20,683 bases of DNA from Nanobdellota archaeon (GCA_034722435.1 JAYENX010000004.1:1-20683); one strand, 5' to 3'; positions 9,318 through 16,767 are shown, numbered from the stretch's first letter. Program-made: numbers and translations. The notes: generated by a model not told the origin, from the sequence alone.

Positions 9318-9568
9318 TTTCTAAACTCCGCATGACCAAACTGTAATATTAGATCAACACCTAACTTATCAACTTCTATAGGCAAATCACATGCCCCAAA
9401 ACAGCTACCTAACCAAATCATTATCTCGACGCCCGTCTTTTCTTTCAAAGATTGTTCAATCTGCATAGCTCTTGGCTTCAGACCATCTGGAAGCTGTATC
9501 AAGACCCGTTTTGCATTATTTTCTTTGATCTCTTCAACAACTTTATCAAGTTCATAATCTATTTCCAT
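9314..9568 (-). CDS. dph2: Diphthamide synthesis protein Dph2, N-terminal domain only (84 aa)
   Basis: RVLIQLPDGLK...SCFGACD...DLILQFGH is the Dph2 domain-1 signature. ATG 9568 is preferred over the track's TTG 9586 because TTTAAATA (9601-9594) lies 33 nt upstream of it. Confidence 0.85.
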   Translation of the reverse strand: MEIDYELDKVVEEIKENNAKRVLIQLPDGLKPRAMQIEQSLKEKTGVEIMIWLGSCFGACDLPIEVDKLGVDLILQFGHAEFRK

Positions 9569-9615
9569 TTTAATATATAATTTCAAAGAGTTATATTTAA
9601 AGATTTAGTTTAAAT

Positions 9616-10026
9616 TTAGTTTAATGCATGAATAAATTCAAGCCCTATATTGTAATCCGAATTTTCTTTTTTTCGTATGTCCCCTAACACATTTGCAGCA
9701 GTATCCCATGTCATCGGCAACGGTTCTGTCTGGAAACTATGTACTAGTCCAAAGTTTTCATCTTCTGCAAATTTTGTCAATCTATCTACCAAATTACCAT
9801 TTGCAATCTTGCCTTGTCCTAAATTAATCTTTTTAAATATATAACTATCTTGAACGCCTTGATTTTCTTTGGTTGCAATGTATATCTCTTTTTGACCTGT
9901 TCTATCTACACAGTATACAACCCAATCATTTGGAGAGTCTCCAACATTTCTAGGTATTCTAAGAAAATGATTCTGTTTATTTATTTCTTTAAGTTCAGGT
10001 ATATTAGGTATTTCGTAATCTGCCAT
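9616..10026 (-). CDS. Hypothetical protein (136 aa), paralog of 10026-10436
   Basis: ORF coupled by TAATG overlap; shared motif IYIATKENQGV. Confidence 0.75.
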   Translation of the reverse strand: MADYEIPNIPELKEINKQNHFLRIPRNVGDSPNDWVVYCVDRTGQKEIYIATKENQGVQDSYIFKKINLGQGKIANGNLVDRLTKFAEDENFGLVHSFQTEPLPMTWDTAANVLGDIRKKENSDYNIGLEFIHALN

Positions 10027-10436
10027 TATGAATACTTCTCCATAAATTTGAATCCTTCAGAAATTTTTAGATTATTTTCTCTACTAATAACTTCAGAAAG
10101 TATTTTTCTAATATTATTCTGCGTAACTGTACCATAAACTTTATGTAAACCTACGGGCTTTCTACCATTACAAGAATTAATTGCAATATCGCTTAGACCG
10201 TCAACATCTAAAGGAGAATTATACTTTCTTACTCTTGTTATAACTCCTTGGTCGCCTTTGTAAGCTATATGTACATAATATTGATCGCCTAACTTTCCGA
10301 ACATTTCTGTAAAAATTACGAGATCGCCACCTTGGCCATCTCCATTTTCAGGTGTATGAATAGCTTTAAGATATTCACATTTAAGTTCTGCGGGCATACT
10401 GCCTTCTAATCTTTTTTCAAAATCAAATTTTTCCAT
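10026..10436 (-). CDS. Hypothetical protein (136 aa), paralog of 9616-10026
   Basis: ORF; shared motif VHIAYKGDQGV. Confidence 0.75.
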   Translation of the reverse strand: MEKFDFEKRLEGSMPAELKCEYLKAIHTPENGDGQGGDLVIFTEMFGKLGDQYYVHIAYKGDQGVITRVRKYNSPLDVDGLSDIAINSCNGRKPVGLHKVYGTVTQNNIRKILSEVISRENNLKISEGFKFMEKYS

Positions 10437-10452
10437 TTTTTAAACTCAAATT

Positions 10453-10635
10453 TTATTCAAATTCTTCGTATGTATCGAAATCAAACCCTTCAAAATCAGA
10501 AATACTACCTTCATCTGTTGACATTAAAACATCAAGTTCAAATGAGTCCATATCTTTTCGACTCAGCAACTTTGCAATGTGCGGCCTTTCTTTCTTATTT
10601 TTTAGTTGTTCAAGTGTCTCTTGATCTTTGTTCAT
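10453..10635 (-). CDS. Small protein (60 aa) with basic N-half and acidic/Phe-rich tail
   Basis: Archaeal SD AGGTGA 4 nt before the ATG; tail SDFEGFDFDTYEEFE. Confidence 0.7.
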   Translation of the reverse strand: MNKDQETLEQLKNKKERPHIAKLLSRKDMDSFELDVLMSTDEGSISDFEGFDFDTYEEFE

Positions 10636-10639
10636 AAGT

Positions 10640-10780
10640 TCACCTTTTCAAGTAATCTTCTAAATATTCTAATCTTTTTTCGAGTAAGTAAACCCTGTCG
10701 CGTAACCTTTGCTGGTTCTGGACAAGTAAAGAAACATCATATCTGACGCGTCTGAATGCAAGTTTAATCTTACCAAACAT
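10640..10780 (-). CDS. Small coiled-coil protein (46 aa), not in ORF track
   Basis: Hand translation MFGKIKLAFRRVRYDVSLLVQNQQRLRDRVYLLEKRLEYLEDYLKR*; ATG overlaps the upstream stop (TAATG); Leu/Val heptad pattern. Confidence 0.65.
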   Translation of the reverse strand: MFGKIKLAFRRVRYDVSLLVQNQQRLRDRVYLLEKRLEYLEDYLKR

Positions 10781-10881
10781 TATTTGGCACTCCACTGTGC
10801 TCTTTCGCACCTTCTACAATAACCGTTTCTCACGACTCTTTTCGCGTCACATGAAACGCATTTGTTAATTTCTACTGCCAT
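10780..10881 (-). CDS. Micro-protein (33 aa), putative zinc ribbon CxxC-x10-CxxC, not in ORF track
   Basis: Hand translation MAVEINKCVSCDAKRVVRNGYCRRCERAQWSAK*; SD-like GAGGT 9 nt upstream of the ATG. Confidence 0.65.
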   Translation of the reverse strand: MAVEINKCVSCDAKRVVRNGYCRRCERAQWSAK

Positions 10882-10904
10882 TTTAGTTATACCTCATAAT
10901 TATG

Positions 10905-10931
10905 AAAAAGGTGGCTCCTTTCGAAGCCACC
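10905..10931 (-). terminator. GC-rich hairpin with GAAA tetraloop plus U5 tract (terminator/attenuator-like)
   Basis: Minus strand GGUGGCUUC-GAAA-GGAGCCACC-UUUUU: 9-bp stem with one G-U pair. Confidence 0.6.
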
Positions 10932-11015
10932 GGACAAACACTCAGTTGTGGGGGTCTATATGTTATATAGAATTTGGGTGTTTCGCCCTTGATAAGTAAC
11001 AAAAAGATTAACTAG

Positions 11016-11030
11016 TATATATATGTTTCG
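11016..11030 (-). promoter_or_regulatory. BRE + TATA for the small-ORF operon leader (TSS ~10993)
   Basis: Minus strand CGAAAC-ATATATATA. Confidence 0.55.
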
Positions 11031-11061
11031 ATTCGTTGTCACTGACAGGTGATTACAAAAG

Positions 11062-11076
11062 CGAAAGATTTATAAA
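11062..11076 (+). promoter_or_regulatory. BRE + TATA for leaderless gene 11099
   Basis: CGAAAGA-TTTATAAA; first T is 30 nt from the ATG. Confidence 0.7.
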
Positions 11077-11098
11077 CGGATAACTCGTACAATATATC

Positions 11099-11473
11099 AT
11101 GACATCTACAGAACAATTAGCTAAATTAGTGAAAAATTACGGCTGGCATGAGTTTCCAGTTCTTTCAAGTCCTCAATTAGATGTTTTACTTGCTAAGGAT
11201 GTTATTGATCATAAAGATGGGTCTGTTAACCGTGTTAGAATAAATTCTATTGATAAAGGAACATTAAAAATGCGAGATATTACTTGGTATATAAGCAATG
11301 CATATAGAACTTTTATTAACACAGGCGGTCGCGGTTATGCTCAATCAAGATTACCTGTTTATTCAAAATTACTAGGTACTAAACCAAAAATTACTGGTAA
11401 TAAAGCTGTTTATGACCTTGGTGAACGAGGTAAAGTAGAGATAGATTTCTTCTCTGTAAGGGATAGTCGATAA
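11099..11473 (+). CDS. Hypothetical protein (124 aa)
   Basis: ORF with a correctly spaced BRE/TATA promoter; no family recognised. Confidence 0.75.
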   Translation: MTSTEQLAKLVKNYGWHEFPVLSSPQLDVLLAKDVIDHKDGSVNRVRINSIDKGTLKMRDITWYISNAYRTFINTGGRGYAQSRLPVYSKLLGTKPKITGNKAVYDLGERGKVEIDFFSVRDSR

Positions 11474-11474
11474 T

Positions 11475-11482
11475 TTTATATA
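11475..11482 (+). promoter_or_regulatory. TATA box for candidate ncRNA
   Basis: TTTATATA; first T is 30 nt from G11505, the first base of the GC hairpin. Confidence 0.5.
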
Positions 11483-11502
11483 CAAAATTATATTTTACAT
11501 TT

Positions 11503-11576
11503 ATGCCCTGCCTTAAACTCCTCGAACCAGCCTTCGGGCTTGTAATGAACTGGAGTGAGTAGCAGGGCGTTATTTT
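11503..11576 (+). ncRNA. Candidate kink-turn small RNA, H/ACA-like pseudouridylation guide lacking a canonical ACA box
   Basis: P1 AUGCCCUGC/GCAGGGCGU; pocket CUUAA and GAGUA; P2 ACUCC/GGAGU; K-turn (GA at 11524-25; AAU bulge + GA at 11544-48); C-stem ACCAGCC-UUCG-GGCUUGU; followed by a U tract. Confidence 0.55.
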
Positions 11577-11582
11577 ATAGCT

Positions 11583-12281
11583 TTATTTTAAAACTTTAAA
11601 CCCTGATAATTCTCCCTCTTTATCTAACATTTCAGCACTCTTAATATCAATTTTAGAATTAAGTTTATTCTTTATTAACCATAAATCTGAAGGAATAATT
11701 TTAACTTTATCAAGTTCATCTAATTTATACCATTTAAGAGGCTGACTTCCTTTAAAGTCTGTACTTGTAATTTTAACTTTTGTAAAAAACAAAATAAAAC
11801 TAAATTTGATAATATCATTACTCTCAACTCTTTCATGTAAAACACTATTAGTAGAAACAAATTTAGAATCTAATGAAGTCATGTCCTTGACTAACCTTAT
11901 TGTTGATTCTTCAAAGTTTTCCTCGAGAAGCATTTTACCTCCTATTAAACCCCAATATCCTTTGTAAGGTCTTCTCTCTCTTTTTGTTAGCAATATATTC
12001 ATATCATTATCCATGACAGCCACTAACACAACTGGTAAAGGACTTAATTCGCTATCACAAATATGTGTTAAGACAGGTAAATACCTTTCTGCTTTATCGG
12101 TTAGAGAATAAAAATTATTTGTCTTCTCTAGCAGACCTTCTTTAACCATACAATCTAGATGATAAGCTACCATGTTAGATCGTATCTTGATACTTTTTTC
12201 AATCTCGCCGAATTTAAGTTTTGCATTCTTTTTGAACAACTTAAAGATATTTTCTCTTTCCTTTTTATCCAACCCTTTCAT
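11583..12281 (-). CDS. Winged-HTH + degenerate Nudix domain protein, probable transcriptional regulator (NrtR-like domains in reversed order)
   Basis: LKFGEIEKSIKIRSNMVAYHLDCMVKEGLLEK wHTH; GYWGLIGGK...EENFEESTIRLVKDMTSL is a Nudix box lacking the catalytic RE-xx-EE glutamates. Confidence 0.75.
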   Translation of the reverse strand: MKGLDKKERENIFKLFKKNAKLKFGEIEKSIKIRSNMVAYHLDCMVKEGLLEKTNNFYSLTDKAERYLPVLTHICDSELSPLPVVLVAVMDNDMNILLTKRERRPYKGYWGLIGGKMLLEENFEESTIRLVKDMTSLDSKFVSTNSVLHERVESNDIIKFSFILFFTKVKITSTDFKGSQPLKWYKLDELDKVKIIPSDLWLIKNKLNSKIDIKSAEMLDKEGELSGFKVLK

Positions 12282-12304
12282 TTACTCGAGAAAAGTCGAG
12301 GAAT

Positions 12305-12314
12305 TATTTAAATA
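12305..12314. promoter_or_regulatory. Palindromic bidirectional TATA element between the two Nudix genes
   Basis: TATTTAAATA reads TTTAAATA on both strands, 29 nt from ATG 12336 and 31 nt from ATG 12281. Confidence 0.65.
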
Positions 12315-12332
12315 TTGTTGAGCCTTAACAAT
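12314..12332. promoter_or_regulatory. Candidate operator (imperfect 8-3-8 inverted repeat)
   Basis: ATTGTTGA-GCC-TTAACAAT, one mismatch, between the TATA box and the Nudix hydrolase ATG. Confidence 0.45.
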
Positions 12333-12335
12333 CAT

Positions 12336-12791
12336 ATGAAAGAAAAAGCACATTATATTGCTGTAACAGGCATCATCAAAAAAGAAGGTAAATATCTTAT
12401 CTGTAAACGAAGTCCGAATGAAAAAGCATTTCCGAACAAATGGTGTGTACCTGGCGGTAAAATTGAACAAAAAGATTTTATAAATACAAAAAAAGATACA
12501 AGTAATCACTGGTTTGGTATATTTGAAAAAACGTTAAGAAAAGAGATTAAAGAGGAAACAAATCTTGAAATAAAAAATATAGGTTATGTTGCCAATGGCG
12601 CATTCATAAGACCTAACGGATTCTCTACAATTATAGTAAGCCTTTGCGCAGATCATGCTGAAGGTAATGTAATCCTAAAAAAAGATGAACTAACTGAGTA
12701 TGCTTGGGTAACTTTAGAAGAAGCTAAACAATATGACCTTATAGAAAATATCTATGAACAAATTGAAAAAGTAGATTCTATGCTTACTTAG
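12336..12791 (+). CDS. Nudix hydrolase
   Basis: YLICKRS...KWCVPGGKIE...LRKEIKEETNL (Nudix box with an internal insertion)...EYAWVTLEE. ATG 12336 is preferred over TTG 12315 on TATA spacing. Confidence 0.85.
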   Translation: MKEKAHYIAVTGIIKKEGKYLICKRSPNEKAFPNKWCVPGGKIEQKDFINTKKDTSNHWFGIFEKTLRKEIKEETNLEIKNIGYVANGAFIRPNGFSTIIVSLCADHAEGNVILKKDELTEYAWVTLEEAKQYDLIENIYEQIEKVDSMLT

Positions 12792-12836
12792 TTTTAGAAA
12801 TTATAATCTTATTTATACTTTTATTATGCTCCTATT

Positions 12837-13667
12837 TTATTCCAGTTTAGCAGGTGTAACATCAATAAACGGCATACCGCTTGTTGCTTCTGGCATAACT
12901 CCGTTCCACTTCTCGATTGCCATCATCTGCATTTCAATCTGTCTTAACTGAATAAGTTCCGGAGAAATCACAGCTTTCTGTAATCTTAACGCTTCAGCTT
13001 CAGCCTCTGCTTGAGTTATCTTTTGCTGTTTTTCAATTTCAATCCTTTGCAAATCTCTTTCAGCTTTAAGTTTGAGCTGCTCAGCTGTAACTTTCGCTTC
13101 GATTGCTTTATCAAACTCTTCTGAAAACTGGAAATTTACAATATTAAAATCATCTACAACAATATAATATTTTTTAAGATGTTCTGATAATAAATTTTTA
13201 ATATCGTCTCTTACTTGTCCCCTTTTCGAGATTAATTCTTCAGCTTTGTACTTAGCAGATCCAGCTTTAACACTTTCTTGCATTGCCGGTAGAATTATCC
13301 TTTCTTTGTAATCCATTCCTACTTTAGTATAAAGTTTAGATGCATATTTTGGAGAAACGTGATAGTTAAGAGCGATTGTGGTTTGTACGTCTTGTAAATC
13401 TGCACTTGAACTGTCAGCTAATACTTCACTTTTTTGTGTACGAACCTCCATATCGACTACTCTTTGCGCGAACGGAATTTTAAAACCAAGACCTTCTTGT
13501 TTTGCGTCTGTACTCGGTCTACCAAAAGTTAACAGAATTCCTCTATGTCCTGCCGGTACAGTATAAAATGCACCAAATAATGCTAATAGAATTACTATGA
13601 GTACGATTATACCAATTACAAATTTAAAAGTTGGTTTTTCTCCAACAACTTCAACTTTAGGTATCAT
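12837..13667 (-). CDS. SPFH/band 7 (prohibitin-family) membrane protein
   Basis: N-terminal TM; YTVPAGHRGILLTFG; GLGFKIPFAQ; DLQDVQ; FSEEFDKAIEAKVTAEQ; coiled coil with AEAEAEA; IEKWNG. Confidence 0.92.
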   Translation of the reverse strand: MIPKVEVVGEKPTFKFVIGIIVLIVILLALFGAFYTVPAGHRGILLTFGRPSTDAKQEGLGFKIPFAQRVVDMEVRTQKSEVLADSSSADLQDVQTTIALNYHVSPKYASKLYTKVGMDYKERIILPAMQESVKAGSAKYKAEELISKRGQVRDDIKNLLSEHLKKYYIVVDDFNIVNFQFSEEFDKAIEAKVTAEQLKLKAERDLQRIEIEKQQKITQAEAEAEALRLQKAVISPELIQLRQIEMQMMAIEKWNGVMPEATSGMPFIDVTPAKLE

Positions 13668-13690
13668 TATTTGTTGATAATATATGTAAT

Positions 13691-13698
13691 TATTTAAA
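13691..13698 (-). promoter_or_regulatory. TATA box for leaderless SPFH gene
   Basis: TTTAAATA, 31 nt from ATG 13667. Confidence 0.6.
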
Positions 13699-13751
13699 AC
13701 TAATGTTTATTGTAGTTTAGTAGAAAGTCTAGCTCGATTAATCAGTGAGCA

Positions 13752-14095
<344 letters not shown>

Positions 14096-14118
14096 GATTA
14101 CTTTATAAATAAGGGCTA

Positions 14119-14128
14119 TATTTAAATA
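14119..14128. promoter_or_regulatory. Palindromic bidirectional TATA element between rnp4 and the coiled-coil gene
   Basis: TATTTAAATA centred exactly (14123.5) between ATG 14095 and ATG 14152; 31 nt each way. Confidence 0.65.
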
Positions 14129-14151
14129 TTTAGAAATTCTTGAAAGATTAT

Positions 14152-15390
14152 ATGTTTAAATTCATCAGAAACTTGTTTAAAAAGGTTGAGCCTAATGAAG
14201 AATCAATCAAACTTGACCAGTTGGTCCAGTTTTTTAATAATAAGAAATCCGAAGTTTTGAAACCTTTAAACGAAAATATTACTCAATTTTATCAAGATAT
14301 AAAAGCAGAGTTTATAGCTTTAGAACAAAAAATTCCTGCTTTAGAAGAAGCATCTATAGGTAAAGATGATAAGAACCTTCCTGCTAAAATAAAAAACACT
14401 GTGGATGGTCACAGAAAACAATATATTAAACGAGTACAACTTTTCATTGACAGATGCAAAGTACCTGAGGATATTAAAGAAATAAAGACATTCCTTGAAA
14501 AGCTCGATACAGAACTTGAAGAGTTTAATAAATCAACTTTTAAAAGTTATAGAGCATCTCAACATCTATTTTTCAAACCTGTTGAAAATATAGTGAAATC
14601 TTTGAAAGAGATTAATAGCAAACTTAACTCTCTCAAATCGTTATTTGATAAACATCAGATGGATGAACTAGAATCATTAGAGAAAGATATCAAAGAACTC
14701 TTTCATAATATTGATCTTAAAGAAATTCTACAGAAACAGTATAAAGAACAACAGTCTAATCTTAAACAACAACAAAAACTTCTTGAAGAAAAAATAAAAA
14801 ATATCCAAGAACTAAAACAAAGCCCTGAATACAAAACATATGAACAACAGAAAATTGAAAGTGCTAGGCTTAACACCCAACTTAAACAGATTGAATTCAC
14901 TATTATTAATCTGTTTTCAATATTCGAACGAGCTTTTAGAAAATATAGTAAAGTGGCTGTAGATTCGAGACTTATCAACACTTATCTTACTAATCCTGTT
15001 GTCGCTCTGATTAATGATAAAGAAAAGACCATACTTTCTGTATTTACAGGATTACAAAAATCTATACTTAAACTTGGCCTTAACGAAAAAAGGATTGAAA
15101 AGATTAATCAAACAATTAAAGATATTCGTGATTCTGAATCTATTGACAAGCTTCAGGATAATTATAACACAATCATTAAACAGATTGGACAGGTTGAAGA
15201 ATCCTTGAAATCTATAGATATTTTGGATAGATTAAAAGATCTTGATAAGGATATTACGCATCTTGAACTTTCTATTGAAAAAATCAAAAAAGGTATAGAA
15301 GAACCTGACGAAAATAAACCTGAGACTCTTTTGACCGAGATTCAGGACAAGTTTTTTAAACTCTTCAATATTAAACTCATAATAAAATGA
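14152..15390 (+). CDS. Hypothetical long coiled-coil protein (412 aa)
   Basis: K/E/Q/L-rich heptads throughout; no Walker motif seen. ATG 14152 is preferred over TTG 14140 on TATA spacing. Confidence 0.8.
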   Translation: MFKFIRNLFKKVEPNEESIKLDQLVQFFNNKKSEVLKPLNENITQFYQDIKAEFIALEQKIPALEEASIGKDDKNLPAKIKNTVDGHRKQYIKRVQLFIDRCKVPEDIKEIKTFLEKLDTELEEFNKSTFKSYRASQHLFFKPVENIVKSLKEINSKLNSLKSLFDKHQMDELESLEKDIKELFHNIDLKEILQKQYKEQQSNLKQQQKLLEEKIKNIQELKQSPEYKTYEQQKIESARLNTQLKQIEFTIINLFSIFERAFRKYSKVAVDSRLINTYLTNPVVALINDKEKTILSVFTGLQKSILKLGLNEKRIEKINQTIKDIRDSESIDKLQDNYNTIIKQIGQVEESLKSIDILDRLKDLDKDITHLELSIEKIKKGIEEPDENKPETLLTEIQDKFFKLFNIKLIIK

Positions 15391-15836
15391 TACACGACTT
15401 TATAAAACAGTTCACTGAACACAGATTTGAAGGTATAGTTAAGAAGGGTAAAGAGTTTTTCTTGATAAATAAAGGTCTTCAAGAATTTGAGTCAAAGATA
15501 GATCTTGACCCTTTTGCATCAGGACTGTTTCTTGGTAAACAACGCGGAAAAATTTTCCGTCCTACACCTGCATTATTGGACTTGATTGCAAAACAGTCTA
15601 CTAAAAAGGTATTTATTAATGATAAAGCCGAATGGTTATTCATATGCGAAAATGATGTTTTTGGTAAATCCATTATAAAAGCTAACAAAAGACGCGGACT
15701 TTGTCTTGTTCAGAACAGGATAGATGAAAACCTTGGCTATGGCAAGTTCGTAGCACCTTTAGATAAAAGAAATCTTGATAAGATGGTCATTAAGAACATT
15801 CTTGACAAAGGTGAATATCTTAGAATGGAAAGGTAA
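15387..15836 (+). CDS. NIP7-like ribosome biogenesis protein (pre-PUA + PUA, UPF0113-like)
   Basis: GLFLGK...FRPT...KVFINDKAEWLFICENDVF...LVQN...LGYG...NILDKGEYLRMER; ATGA overlap with the upstream gene. Confidence 0.75.
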   Translation: MIHDFIKQFTEHRFEGIVKKGKEFFLINKGLQEFESKIDLDPFASGLFLGKQRGKIFRPTPALLDLIAKQSTKKVFINDKAEWLFICENDVFGKSIIKANKRRGLCLVQNRIDENLGYGKFVAPLDKRNLDKMVIKNILDKGEYLRMER

Positions 15837-15912
15837 AGTTTTCTTTGAACAAATAAAACACTTTAAATTTATATTCAAGTAAAATCAATAAAAAAACAGA
15901 GGTGAAATAATA

Positions 15913-16626
15913 ATGAAACATAATTTTAAAAGGATTATTATTGGTTTTTTAATATTAATTTCTATTTCTGTAGGGTTCAGTCTCGATACACAAAACTACG
16001 AAGATAGTTATATGGAATTTGAATATCCTACTACTTGGACTTTTGAAAAAGTAAAACCTTTTAATATTCTGGAGGGTAAGATAATTACAAGTAATCTATT
16101 TTATCAATTAGATAGGTTTACCGTGGTAAGTTATGATCTTATAGAGTTACAAGATGAACTTGATTTTTCAAATGAAAATAATATGAATGAATATATTGAT
16201 GATCTTATAATCGGGATGCTTGAAGGGTTTGGCGAGACTAAAGACAATTCAGAAGTATATTGGAGCAAATATACTAATATAAATGGCCAACCAGCTGTAC
16301 AATTTGAATTTCGAATAGGTTATTATAAGGGAACTATGGCAATATTTCCTGAAAGTAGAAGATTACACATTTTTGGATTAAATGCGGACATAGACGAATT
16401 TAATGAAACAATCTCAGAGTATAATTCTATGCTTGAAACTGTTAGAGTAATACCTGTGGGGGTAGTCAATACGGAAACACCATCTACCCAAATTCCTGAA
16501 ATAGGTTATCTTGATGATGCTGTCCCTACTAATGTAAAATCTAATTTTGAGATCCTATTTTATATTGGACTTTTTATTTTACTTGGATGTATACTCTATA
16601 GATATATTGCAAATAAAAAAAGGTAA
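15913..16626 (+). CDS. Secreted, C-terminally membrane-anchored protein with PsbP/DcrB-like domain
   Basis: SD GAGGTGA; signal peptide MKHNFKRIIIGFLILISISVGFS; FEYPTTW and INGQPAVQFEF motifs; C-terminal TM + KKR. Confidence 0.6.
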   Translation: MKHNFKRIIIGFLILISISVGFSLDTQNYEDSYMEFEYPTTWTFEKVKPFNILEGKIITSNLFYQLDRFTVVSYDLIELQDELDFSNENNMNEYIDDLIIGMLEGFGETKDNSEVYWSKYTNINGQPAVQFEFRIGYYKGTMAIFPESRRLHIFGLNADIDEFNETISEYNSMLETVRVIPVGVVNTETPSTQIPEIGYLDDAVPTNVKSNFEILFYIGLFILLGCILYRYIANKKR

Positions 16627-16631
16627 ATAAG

Positions 16632-16660
16632 TTTTTGTATTTTTTCTTTTTTTTATATTT
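16632..16660 (+). terminator. Oligo-T tract, probable archaeal terminator
   Basis: TTTTTGTATTTTTTCTTTTTTTT directly after the stop; A-rich tracts at ~16733-16767 give the equivalent on the minus strand. Confidence 0.45.
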
Positions 16661-16767
16661 TAATTAGTTTATATTATAGTTTTTGAGAGATTTAGAAAGG
16701 TAGATATATAAACGCAATGAGATTTAAAATATTAAAAGAAAATCATTAAAAAGAAATTAAAAAAAAT

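Noticed and set aside
10905-10995. Leader as TPP, fluoride or c-di-GMP riboswitch, or hammerhead ribozyme
   Set aside because: Only fragments match (CUGAG, GGCGA, GAAA); the required conserved cores are absent.
9616-11473. ORFan cluster as a provirus or mobile element
   Set aside because: No integrase, transposase, structural or replication gene, and no flanking direct repeats or tRNA attachment site seen.
11505-11568. Hairpin as tRNA (minus-strand GGTTCGA) or as SECIS
   Set aside because: No T-stem pairing or cloverleaf. Both flanking genes end in TAA with no in-frame UGA, and the K-turn polarity is opposite to the eukaryote-type SECIS.
14152-15390. Coiled-coil protein as an SMC/Rad50 ATPase
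   Set aside because: No Walker A/B, signature or CxxC hook motif.
16690-16750. Orphan TATA-like TATATAAA and a 10-codon ORF in the convergent spacer
   Set aside because: Very AT-rich context, ATG too close to the TATA for the local 29-33 nt spacing, and no supporting structure.
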